This document shows positions 39,820-48,881 of a stretch of 64,000 nt of DNA, piece by piece (positions within the stretch are counted from its first letter, which is position 1; each line of letters begins with the position of its first letter). Location: contig CAWFCQ010000002.1 of NCBI GenBank assembly GCA_963814375.1, positions 96,001 through 160,000 on the forward strand. The letters are read 5' to 3'. Made by a program: the position numbers and the translations under genes. The notes under the pieces are model-generated. The model saw only the letters and a program-made list of their open reading frames with translations, ran no database searches and had not been told where the DNA came from. The DNA comes from an uncultured Chloroflexia bacterium. Its GTDB lineage: Bacteria; Chloroflexota; Limnocylindria; QHBO01.

Positions 39820-41511
39820 GTGTCCGTCGCCGCCGATCCGAACACCGCTGTCAACGACCTCGCCGATCGCTTCTGGGAGGGTGTCCTCGAACGCGACACG
39901 ATCTGGGCGACCATCCTCGGCGACGAGCGCTACAGCGATCGCTGGCCGGATCTCGGGGCTGACGGGCGAGCCGACGAGGAGGCTGCTCTCCGCGCGACCC
40001 TCGGCGATGCGCGGGCGATCCCGGATGGCGGCCTCGAGCCCGAGCAGGTGATCACGCGCGATCTGCTCATCCTGATCTGCGAGAACCACCTCGAGGCGCT
40101 GGCCCAGAAGCAATACCAGCTCGCCATCGACCACATGTCGGGGCCGCAGGTCTGGCCCGCCGAGATCGCGCAGTACCAGCCGGCCGACAGCCCGGAGCGA
40201 CTCGAGCAGCTCCTGGCGCGCTGGACGACGTACCCGGCCATGGTCGAGCAGTACATCTCCACCCTGGCCGAGGGGGTCGCCGATCGACGGACCGCCGCCG
40301 CCGTGCCGGTCCGACGCGCGATCGAGCAGATGGATCGGCTGCTGGCGATGGCCCCGGCCGACCACCCGGCTGCATCGATGGTGAAGGTCGCCGACGATGA
40401 CCGGCCACGCGTCGTGGCTGCCGTCGAGGAGCACATCTACGGCGGGCTGCGCCGGCTGCGCGACTACGTCGCGGGGGAGTACGAGCCGCATGCTCGGCCC
40501 GAGCCGGGCCTGAGCTCGACCCCGGGCGGCGATGCCGCCTACCGGCTCGCGATCCGGATGCAGACCACGATCGAGACCAACGCGGAGGAGGTGCACGCCT
40601 TCGGGCTGGCCGATCTCGAGGCGATCGAGGCGGAGAAGGACGAGATCGCGCGGCGGCTCGGTCATGCGGATCGCCATGCCATGCGCACCGCCCTCGCCGA
40701 GGACGCGACGAACCACACCGATGACCCCGACGCGCTCGTGCGCCTGGCGCAGGAGCAGACCGATCGGGCCTTTGCCGCCGCCCCGAATTACTTCGGTCGC
40801 ATCCCGAGCGCGAACTGCTACGTCAAGGCGGTGGAGCCGTACCGCGAGGCCGAGTCACCGCCCGCCTTCTACATGCCGCCGTCGCTCGACGGCTCCCGGC
40901 AGGGGCAGTACTACATCAACACCTACCAGCCGGAGGAGCGCCAGCTCCACAAGATCGCCGCGATCACCTTCCACGAGGCAACGCCCGGACATCACTTCCA
41001 GATCGGCATCGAGATGGAGCTGAAGGGGCTTCCGCCCTTCCGCACCCTCGGGGCGCGGATGGCGGGCGGGGCATACGTCGAGGGTTGGGGCCTCTACACC
41101 GAGCGCCTCGCCGACGAGATGGGCCTCTACGCCGACGAACGCGAGCGGCTCGGCATGCTCGACGCCCAGTCCTTCCGCGCGGCGCGCCTGGTCGTCGACT
41201 CGGGCCTCCACGCGATGGGCTGGACCCGTGAGCAGGCGATCGACGTCATGCACGAGCGTGGCTCGTTGCCGATGGTCGACGCCGAGATCGAGGTCGACCG
41301 CTACACCGTCTGGCCCGGGCAGGCGCTCAGCTACAAGATCGGCCAGCGCGAGATCGAGCGAGCCCGAGCCGAGGTCGCCGAGCAGATGGGCGACCGGTTC
41401 GACCTGCGCGCCTTCCACGACGAGGTTCTCGGCCATGGGTCGCTGCCGCTCCCGACGCTGCGCCGCGAGATCGCTGGCTGGGTGGAGGCCGCGGTCGAGA
41501 AGGCCGGATAG
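39820..41511 (+). CDS. DUF885 family protein (putative metallopeptidase)
   Basis: HEATPGHHFQ, EGWGLYTE, RLVVDSGLH, PGQALSYKIG. Confidence 0.9.
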   Translation: MSVAADPNTAVNDLADRFWEGVLERDTIWATILGDERYSDRWPDLGADGRADEEAALRATLGDARAIPDGGLEPEQVITRDLLILICENHLEALAQKQYQLAIDHMSGPQVWPAEIAQYQPADSPERLEQLLARWTTYPAMVEQYISTLAEGVADRRTAAAVPVRRAIEQMDRLLAMAPADHPAASMVKVADDDRPRVVAAVEEHIYGGLRRLRDYVAGEYEPHARPEPGLSSTPGGDAAYRLAIRMQTTIETNAEEVHAFGLADLEAIEAEKDEIARRLGHADRHAMRTALAEDATNHTDDPDALVRLAQEQTDRAFAAAPNYFGRIPSANCYVKAVEPYREAESPPAFYMPPSLDGSRQGQYYINTYQPEERQLHKIAAITFHEATPGHHFQIGIEMELKGLPPFRTLGARMAGGAYVEGWGLYTERLADEMGLYADERERLGMLDAQSFRAARLVVDSGLHAMGWTREQAIDVMHERGSLPMVDAEIEVDRYTVWPGQALSYKIGQREIERARAEVAEQMGDRFDLRAFHDEVLGHGSLPLPTLRREIAGWVEAAVEKAG

Positions 41512-41513
41512 CC

Positions 41514-42101
41514 GTGCGGGCGCCGACACCGGTCGTCCTCGAGGGCCGCCACGTCCGCCTCGAGCCGCTCGGACCCGAGCACCGCGCCGACCTCGAGGCG
41601 GCAGTGGCCGAAGACCCCAATGCGCTGAGGCTCGGGGCCCCGCTCTTCACGATGGGTGGCTGGGACCCCTGGTACGACGAGGCGGCCGCGGGGATGGCGG
41701 ACGGCCGCTACGTCGCGTGGGCCACGCTCGATGCCGTGCGCGGGACGGCGATCGGCTCGACGCGGTTCGCCGACATCGACGTGCCGTCGGAGCGGCTCGA
41801 GATCGGGTGGACCTGGCTGGCGCCGTCGCGCTGGCGGACCGCGGCGAACACCGAGGCCAAGCTTCTCCAGCTGCGACACGCATTCGACGACCTCGGCGCC
41901 GGGCGGGTGGCGCTCAAGACGGACGGGCGCAACGCGCGCTCGCAGGCGGCCATCGAGCGGCTGGGCGGCGTACGGGAGGGCACGCTTCGCCGCCACCTGC
42001 GTATGCCGGACGGCTACGTCCGCGACACCGTCTACTACTCGATCCTGCGCAACGAGTGGCCACCGATACGCGCGCGCCTCGAGGCCCGGCTCGCGGAGTA
42101 G
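41514..42101 (+). CDS. GNAT N-acetyltransferase (RimJ/RimL family)
   Basis: LEIGWTW..NTEAKLL..RVALKTD.RN.RSQ.AIERLG..EG.LR. Confidence 0.9.
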   Translation: MRAPTPVVLEGRHVRLEPLGPEHRADLEAAVAEDPNALRLGAPLFTMGGWDPWYDEAAAGMADGRYVAWATLDAVRGTAIGSTRFADIDVPSERLEIGWTWLAPSRWRTAANTEAKLLQLRHAFDDLGAGRVALKTDGRNARSQAAIERLGGVREGTLRRHLRMPDGYVRDTVYYSILRNEWPPIRARLEARLAE

Positions 42102-42107
42102 GCCACC

Positions 42108-42566
42108 TCAGCCGCGCGCGGCGCGGATCTGCTGTGCATGCTCGTGCGGATGGCCGGCGTAGATCTCGAGCCAGCGGTCGACCGAGTACGCACCCGACTC
42201 GGAATGCTCGCCTCGGCGTTCCCATTCGTCGGGCGTGAGCGACTCGAGCAACGACAGGCTCGCGGCGCGGACGGCGTGTGCCACCGCGACTGCCTCGGCG
42301 ATCGGACGCTCGTAGTGGAGCCGCTCCGCCCAGCGTGGCTCGTCGTAGCCCTGAATCGTGACCGGTTCGGCGTCCGCAACCAGGCGTCGCAGCCGCGTGT
42401 AGGCCATGGCCTCCGAATCGGCCAGATGGTGGGCCACCTGGCGCGCCGTCCAACCGCCTTCGGCCGGAGGGCGATCGAGCTCCTCGTCGGTGATCCCCGC
42501 GAGTGCCGCATCGATGGCGGCGCTGCCGGTCCGGTAGCGCTCCATGAGGGCGCGTCGATCGGTCAT
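42108..42566 (-). CDS. DinB family protein
   Basis: WTARQVAHHLADSE, GYDE, HSESG, H..EH. Confidence 0.85.
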   Translation of the reverse strand: MTDRRALMERYRTGSAAIDAALAGITDEELDRPPAEGGWTARQVAHHLADSEAMAYTRLRRLVADAEPVTIQGYDEPRWAERLHYERPIAEAVAVAHAVRAASLSLLESLTPDEWERRGEHSESGAYSVDRWLEIYAGHPHEHAQQIRAARG

Positions 42567-43954
42567 CGCTCCTCCGTCCAGGGGTCGTAGTCGGGATCCG
42601 GCGGCTCGGCGGCCGGCCGCAGCTTCTCGGGGACATTGCGCAGATTGACCCGGATCCGCCACCACACCTTGTAGCGGCCGCGCATGGCGTCGACGAGAAC
42701 GTCCTCCGGGTCGCGGACGTGCGGCGCCACGTCCGGATGGCGCCCGCGCCAGCGGTCGAGCCCGGCGAGCGCATCGGCCTTGTCGGCGGCCTGGCTGATC
42801 ACGAGCAGCGGCTGCGTCGAGCGGCGACGGCCGGTGGGTGGGACCGTCCCGTCCGGATTGCGGGCGGGAGCCGAGGGCATCGAGGGGGCCACCGAGCCGG
42901 CGCGACCGCGTGGCGCGGTCGGGTCCGTTGGCGTCAGCTCGGCCGGATCCGGCATTCGCCGCTTCGAGGGCTGCACCCGAGGCGGCTCGCCCGGCTGCTT
43001 GACATAGTTCGGAGGCCATGGCGCGTCGCCGAGCCCCTCGGACTCGTGGCGAGCGACGAGCTCGAGCAGCGGCTCCAGCGAGTGGGCCGTCGCATCGATC
43101 CCCGCCCCGACGTCCCGGAGCTTCTCGTAGCGTGCCGGAACGGTCAGGAGCGTGAAGTCCTCGAGCTCCGCGTCGGGCACCTCGTCCCACGTCAGCGGCG
43201 CGCTCACCGTGGCCGATGGCCGCGGCCGGACCGAGTACACCGACGCGACGGTGCGGTCCTTGGCGTTCTGGTTGTAGTCGAGGAAGACGCCGTGACGCTC
43301 CTCCTTCCACCATTTGCTGGTCGCCAGCGCCGGGGCACGCCGCTCGACCTCCCGCGCCAGGGCCAGCGCTGAGCGGCGGACCTCGGAGAAGCCCCACTTC
43401 GGCTCGAGGCGAACGTAGACGTGGATGCCACGCGAGCCCGATGTCTTGGGCCACGCCGTGTAGCCGAGCTCGGTGAGGACCTCGCGCACGACGATTGCCA
43501 CCGATCGCACGTCGGCCCACGCAACGCCCGGGCCGGGATCGAGGTCGACCCGCAGCTCGTCGGGATGATCGAGGTCGCCGGAACGGACGGGGTGAGGGTT
43601 GAGGTCGATGCAGCCGAGGTTCACGACCCAAGCCAGCGCGGCGGCGTTGTCGACGACGACCTCGTCGGCGGTTCGGCCCGATGGGAACGACAGCTCCACG
43701 GTGCGGACGAACGGCGGAACGGACTTCGGCGCACGCTTCTGGAAGAAGGCCTCACCGGCGGCGCCGTCGACGAACCGCTTCAGCGCCATCGGGCGGTCAC
43801 GGACGCCGAGGATCGCACCATCGGCGACGGCGAGGTAGTAGCGAACGAGGTCGAGCTTGGTGATGCCCGCATCGGCGAAGAAGATCTTGCCGGGGTTGGT
43901 GATGGTGACCTCGTGGCCGTCCAGGCTCAGCGTTTCCGACTCGGTTCGTGCCAT
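42563..43954 (-). CDS. Primase-polymerase (LigD polymerase-domain/Prim-PolC type) with C-terminal extension
   Basis: FFQKR, DELRVDLDP, KTSGSRGIH, KWWKEER, DYNQNAKDRTVAS.YS.R. Confidence 0.88.
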   Translation of the reverse strand: MARTESETLSLDGHEVTITNPGKIFFADAGITKLDLVRYYLAVADGAILGVRDRPMALKRFVDGAAGEAFFQKRAPKSVPPFVRTVELSFPSGRTADEVVVDNAAALAWVVNLGCIDLNPHPVRSGDLDHPDELRVDLDPGPGVAWADVRSVAIVVREVLTELGYTAWPKTSGSRGIHVYVRLEPKWGFSEVRRSALALAREVERRAPALATSKWWKEERHGVFLDYNQNAKDRTVASVYSVRPRPSATVSAPLTWDEVPDAELEDFTLLTVPARYEKLRDVGAGIDATAHSLEPLLELVARHESEGLGDAPWPPNYVKQPGEPPRVQPSKRRMPDPAELTPTDPTAPRGRAGSVAPSMPSAPARNPDGTVPPTGRRRSTQPLLVISQAADKADALAGLDRWRGRHPDVAPHVRDPEDVLVDAMRGRYKVWWRIRVNLRNVPEKLRPAAEPPDPDYDPWTEER

Positions 43955-44018
43955 CGGTCCAAGCGTAGCGCTACGCTCAAGCGGCACATCCCTTGCGAGA
44001 GGGCTCGGACGAGAGCCG

Positions 44019-45050
44019 ATGGACACCCTGAAACGACTGGTCGAGCGCATCAACCGGTGGACCGAGCGCCATCGACTCCCGCGCATCTCGCGGCGGGCGA
44101 TCGAGGGGTTCCTGAGCCATGACGCCCTCCAGTACGCCGGCGGGATGGCGTACTTCAGCGTCCTCGCGATCTTCCAGCTGCTTGTCCTCGGCGTCGTCAT
44201 CGCGTCGCTCATCCTCGGCGCGGACGAGGCGCGGCAGTTGGTCGTCGACCAGGTGTCGGCCGGGTCGCCGGTCGACCCCGAGATGGTCGGCGAGATCATC
44301 GACTCGGCCATCGAGGCGCGCGGCGAAGTGACGATCCTCACGATCGTCTTCCTGGCGTGGGGCGCGCTCGGCCTCTTCGGGGCGATGTCGGGCGGCATCG
44401 CCCGCGTCTTCGACGTCGCCGAGCCCCGCCCGTTCATCAAGCAGCAGGTGCTCGGCCTGACCCTCATGGCTCTCACGGGGTTGCTGGCGGTTGGATCGGT
44501 CGTCATCGGCATAGCCACCGGGATCCTGGTCGAGTTCGCGACCGAGCTCGTGGCCGGGGTTCCCGGAGGCGAGACCGCCGTCCGGCTCATCGGCTTCTTG
44601 GTGCCGCTGATCCTCATCTTCATCGCGTTCTGGGTCATCTACCGCGTCGTGCCGAATCGGCCGGTGGCGTGGGGCGAAGTGCTGCCCGGCGCGATCGTGG
44701 CCACGCTGCTGTGGACCGTGCTGCGCATCGGGTTCACCTTCTACGCGACGCGGATCGCCAATTACGACTCTGCCTTCGGCCCGCTCTCGACCGCGATCAC
44801 GCTGATCGTGTTTCTCTACTTCGCCAGCCTGATCATCCTGATCGGCGCGGAGTTCGCCCGCGCGAGGACCCTCGACGACGAGCGCGAGCTGCTCGAGGCG
44901 GCCGACCCGCGCTTCCTGCCCGTGGTGATCGACGTGCCCCCGGGCCCTGCGCCCGCCTCTCGCAAGGGCATCTCGCGCTGGGTCGTGGTGGCCGGCGCGG
45001 CGGTGCTTGGCGTGCTTGTCGGCCGGCTCACGAAGCGCGACGAGTACTAG
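44019..45050 (+). CDS. YihY/BrkB family membrane protein
   Basis: AGGMAYF, IYRVVPN, PGAIVA, NY..FG, WLYF-like LYF..ILIGAE. Confidence 0.9.
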   Translation: MDTLKRLVERINRWTERHRLPRISRRAIEGFLSHDALQYAGGMAYFSVLAIFQLLVLGVVIASLILGADEARQLVVDQVSAGSPVDPEMVGEIIDSAIEARGEVTILTIVFLAWGALGLFGAMSGGIARVFDVAEPRPFIKQQVLGLTLMALTGLLAVGSVVIGIATGILVEFATELVAGVPGGETAVRLIGFLVPLILIFIAFWVIYRVVPNRPVAWGEVLPGAIVATLLWTVLRIGFTFYATRIANYDSAFGPLSTAITLIVFLYFASLIILIGAEFARARTLDDERELLEAADPRFLPVVIDVPPGPAPASRKGISRWVVVAGAAVLGVLVGRLTKRDEY

Positions 45051-45193
45051 GCGCTTCACGCTCCGACGGGTCTGGGTACTGGACAGCCTGTAGTACCTTT
45101 GGGGCCGTTTCGAGGCCGGGAGGCCTCCGCCACCATTCGGCCCCTCTCTCGCACTTGGGGCACAAGGGCATTGCAGATAGAGATCACCGCTCG

Positions 45194-46678
45194 ATGAGGC
45201 GGCGATCACATCTGGCCGTCACGTTCGTCGCCCTGCTGACGGTCGGGTGGAGCGCCGTCACAACCCAACCCAGCGGCTCGGCCCTTGCCGCTGACCCCCA
45301 GGCCGAACTGGCCCGGACCCGCGAACAGCTCGCCGACGCGCGGTCGACGCAGCAGTCGCTGGCCGATACCCTCGAGCGTCAGCGCGCCGACCTGGCCGCC
45401 CTCGAGGATCGATCGGCGCAGCTCGGATCGCAGCTGGACCTCGCCCGCGCCGAGCTCTCGGCCGTCACCGCCGAGTTCGATCGGGTCAGCGGGCTACTGG
45501 TGCAGGTGCGCGAGCAGGTTGCCGAGGTCGAGGCGCGCATCGCCGAGCTCCAGGCTCAGATCGCGGCACTCGACGATGAGCTGACGGCGGTTGCCGCGGA
45601 CATCCAGCGGCGCGGGAAGGAGCTCGACGAGCGCGAGGCGCTGCTCGAGGACCATGTCCGCACCGCGTACGAGCGCAGCCAGACCTCGCTGCTCGAGATC
45701 CTGCTGACGGCGGAGTCACTCGATCAGGCCACCACCCAGGTGGGGTACCTGATGACCATCTCGGAGCAGGACACCGTCCTCGCGGATGAGATCCGGGCGA
45801 TCCGGGCCGAGCTAGAGACACGCCGCGCCACCCTTCGCGACGGGCGCATCGCGCTGGCCCAGGCCCGCGCCGTCGCGCGTGACGAGGAGGCCGCCCTCAA
45901 GGCGCGGCGGGACGAGCTCGCTGCCCTCGAGGTCCAGCTCGCCCAGCTCCGCGTCGCCGCCGAGCAGAAGCGCGCGGCCCAGGCCGCGGCGCTGAACTCG
46001 AGCCTCGAGGCGGAAGAGGACGTCGAGGCGATGATCGCGCGCAACCAGCGCGCCGCCGAAGCGGCCTCCGCGCTCGCCGCGCAGCTCCAGCGGCAGGCAA
46101 CGGCGCAGGCTGCCGCCATCGCCGAGGCGAAGCGCCGGGCGGAGGAGGAGGCGCGCCGCCGCGCCGCCGAGGCAGCCGCTAGGGCTGCCTCCGCCAGGAA
46201 CGCCGCCGAGGCAGCCGCCAGGGCCGCCGAAGCGGCCGCCAACGCCACTTCGTCGTACGGTTTCCGATGGCCTGAGCGCCCGACCCAGGTCACCCAGGAG
46301 TGGGGCCCGACCGGCTTCGCGCTCGAGCCGCCCTACACCTACGGCGGCACCTACTATCCCCACTTCCATGCGGGCATCGACTTCGCGGCGGGGTGTGGCA
46401 CGCAGATTCACGCGGCCGGTGCGGGTGTCGTGGTCGCCTCGGGCCAGCCGTTGCTGCCCTGGGACACCGGGTTCGGCGTCGTGGTCGATCACGGCAACGG
46501 CATCCAGTCGTGGTACTGGCACATGCAGCCAAACGTGGTCGTCGCGCCCGGAGCGATCGTCACCAGCAGCTCGGTCATCGGCTACGAGGGCAGCACCGGC
46601 ATGTCGACCGGCTGCCACGTGCACTTCGCCGTCAACCACAACGGCAGCTGGGAGAACCCCCGCAACTACCTGCCCTAG
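45194..46678 (+). CDS. Secreted coiled-coil M23 peptidoglycan endopeptidase (EnvC/PcsB-like)
   Basis: Signal peptide, long heptad region, HAGID, YWHM, GSTGMSTGCHVHF. Confidence 0.9.
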   Translation: MRRRSHLAVTFVALLTVGWSAVTTQPSGSALAADPQAELARTREQLADARSTQQSLADTLERQRADLAALEDRSAQLGSQLDLARAELSAVTAEFDRVSGLLVQVREQVAEVEARIAELQAQIAALDDELTAVAADIQRRGKELDEREALLEDHVRTAYERSQTSLLEILLTAESLDQATTQVGYLMTISEQDTVLADEIRAIRAELETRRATLRDGRIALAQARAVARDEEAALKARRDELAALEVQLAQLRVAAEQKRAAQAAALNSSLEAEEDVEAMIARNQRAAEAASALAAQLQRQATAQAAAIAEAKRRAEEEARRRAAEAAARAASARNAAEAAARAAEAAANATSSYGFRWPERPTQVTQEWGPTGFALEPPYTYGGTYYPHFHAGIDFAAGCGTQIHAAGAGVVVASGQPLLPWDTGFGVVVDHGNGIQSWYWHMQPNVVVAPGAIVTSSSVIGYEGSTGMSTGCHVHFAVNHNGSWENPRNYLP

Positions 46679-46681
46679 CGG

Positions 46682-48838
46682 TCAGGCCTCGACCGGGGTT
46701 CGCACCGCCGGCAGGTAGAGCCGGTCGACGTACTCGCTCAGCATGCGTGCGGTGCTGAACTGCCACAGCGCCGACGCGATCGCCGCGCGCATCGTCGCGA
46801 TCCAGGCCGTCGGCAGGCCGTCGGGCCGATCGAAGAATCGCGGGATGATCTCCTCCTCGAGGAGCCGATACAGCTCCGTCGCATCCGCCTCGTCCTGGGC
46901 AGTCTCGTCGCCGTCGGGCTCGCGGTCGCCGATGGCCCAGCCGTTCTCGCCGGTGAAGCCCTCGTCCCACCATCCGTCGAGGATGGACACCGACGGGATG
47001 CCGTTGATGGCGGCCTTCATGCCCGAGGTGCCCGACGCCTCCATCGGCCGGCGCGGATTGTTGAGCCAGACGTCGACGCCGCCGACGAGGAAGCGGGCGA
47101 CGCGCATGTCGTAGTCCTCGATCACGAAGACGCGTCCCCTCAGCCGCTGAGAGCGCGACAGCTCGAAGATGCGCTGGATCACCTGCTGACCGGGTCGATC
47201 GGCGGGGTGCGCCTTGCCGGCGATGACGACCTGGACCGGGCGCTCGGTCGACGAGACGATGTCGGCCAGGCGGTCCTCGTCCCGGAAGAGGAGATCGGCA
47301 CGCTTGTAGGTGGCGAAGCGGCGCGCGAAGCCGATGGTCAGGGCGTCGGGATCGAGCACATCGCGGACCTCGCGGAGCGTTCGCGGAGACTCGCCGTGGC
47401 GCGCGAGCTGGCGCGCGAGACGCCCCTCGAGGAACCCGGTCAGCTCGCGCTTCTGCTGCTGGTGCGCCGCCCAGAGCTCCTCGTCCTGGAGGGATCCGAG
47501 CCCGGACAGCGCCTCCGGACCGGCCAGGTCCTCGCCCAGCGCGACTCCGATGGCAGCCTTCACCAGCCGGCGCACCGGTCGCCCGAGCCAGGTCGGGACG
47601 TGCACGCCGTTCGTGATCGCACCGATCGGATGACCTGCCAGCTCCTGCCACGTCTCGGTGGCGGTGCGCCCGTGCAGCTGCGACACGGCGTTCGCGTCGA
47701 CCGCGTGGCGGAGCACGAACGCGGTCATGTCGAAGGGCGCATTCGCGTCGTCGGTGTGGCCGCGGCCGAGCTCGAGCAGCTCGCCGGGCGTGGCGCCGGT
47801 GGCGTCGAACCAGGATGCGATGGCCGGCGCCACCAGATCCCGCCCGAAGACCTCGTTGCCGGCGGGAACCGGCGTGTGGATCGTGAAGACCGTGTCGCGG
47901 CCCACGCGTCGGAGCGCCTCGCCCGGTGCGATGCCCGCCTGGGAGGAAACCATCTCGCGGGCCCGTTCGAGGAGCAGGAATGCCGAGTGGCCCTCGTTGA
48001 GGTGCCAGACGGCGGGCTCGATGCCGAGAGCGCGCAGAGCGCGCACGCCGCCGATCCCGAGCACGAGCTCCTGGCACAGGCGCATCTCGCGCCCACGGAC
48101 GTAGAGGATGTGGGTGATCGGCCGATCCGCCGCATCGTTGGCGGGGACGTCGGTGTCGAGGAGCAGGATCGGGACGCGTCCCACCTGGGCGACCCAGACC
48201 GCGGCATGCACGATGCGGTCGGCGATCTCGACGCTCACCGCCAGCGGCGCCCCGTCGAGGCCGCGGGCCCGGCGCAGGGGATGCTGGGCAGGGTCGAGGT
48301 CGGGCTGCGCGTGCTCCTGGTGGCCATCGGCGTCGATCTGCTGGCGGAAGTAGCCGCGTCGGTAGAGCAGGCCGATGCCGACGAAGGGAAGCGCCGCATC
48401 CGAGGCGGACTTGCAGTGATCGCCGGCCAGGATGCCGAGGCCGCCCGAGTAGATCTGCATCGACTCGTGGATGCCGAACTCGGCGCAGAAGTAGGCGATC
48501 GGCCCCGGCAGCGCCCGCTCCGGCGATGCGACGTACCAGGAGCCGGCGCCATTGGCCATGTACCGGCCGAACTCGTCCAGCACACGGCTGGCGTCGACCA
48601 TGAAGTCCTCGTCGTCGGTCAGCTCGGCCCAGCGCGCCTGGTCGGCATAGCGAAGCACGGCGATCGGATTCCGATGGCGGACCCAGGCGCTGACATTGAT
48701 GCGGCTGAACAGGGCCTGCGCTCGAGGGGTCCAGCTCCACCACAGGTTGTAGGCCAGCTCGCCGAGCCCCTCGAGGTCGGCGGGCAGGTTGAAGTCATGG
48801 CCGGACAGCGTCGGCACGCGGAGGGATGTGCTGGTCAC
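46682..48838 (-). CDS. glgP: Alpha-glucan (glycogen) phosphorylase
   Basis: NLWWSW, YSGGLG, HLNEGH, ITNGVH, FARRFATYKR, EASGTSGMKA. Confidence 0.95.
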   Translation of the reverse strand: MTSTSLRVPTLSGHDFNLPADLEGLGELAYNLWWSWTPRAQALFSRINVSAWVRHRNPIAVLRYADQARWAELTDDEDFMVDASRVLDEFGRYMANGAGSWYVASPERALPGPIAYFCAEFGIHESMQIYSGGLGILAGDHCKSASDAALPFVGIGLLYRRGYFRQQIDADGHQEHAQPDLDPAQHPLRRARGLDGAPLAVSVEIADRIVHAAVWVAQVGRVPILLLDTDVPANDAADRPITHILYVRGREMRLCQELVLGIGGVRALRALGIEPAVWHLNEGHSAFLLLERAREMVSSQAGIAPGEALRRVGRDTVFTIHTPVPAGNEVFGRDLVAPAIASWFDATGATPGELLELGRGHTDDANAPFDMTAFVLRHAVDANAVSQLHGRTATETWQELAGHPIGAITNGVHVPTWLGRPVRRLVKAAIGVALGEDLAGPEALSGLGSLQDEELWAAHQQQKRELTGFLEGRLARQLARHGESPRTLREVRDVLDPDALTIGFARRFATYKRADLLFRDEDRLADIVSSTERPVQVVIAGKAHPADRPGQQVIQRIFELSRSQRLRGRVFVIEDYDMRVARFLVGGVDVWLNNPRRPMEASGTSGMKAAINGIPSVSILDGWWDEGFTGENGWAIGDREPDGDETAQDEADATELYRLLEEEIIPRFFDRPDGLPTAWIATMRAAIASALWQFSTARMLSEYVDRLYLPAVRTPVEA

Positions 48839-48881
48839 GAGGGCCGATGATAGCGGCGGCGCGCTACGCTAGCGGCCGAGC

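Noticed and set aside
46140-46245. Tandem GCCGCCGAGGCAGCCGC-like repeats
   Set aside because: They encode the Ala/Glu/Arg coiled-coil linker of the M23 protein; no spacers, so not a CRISPR array
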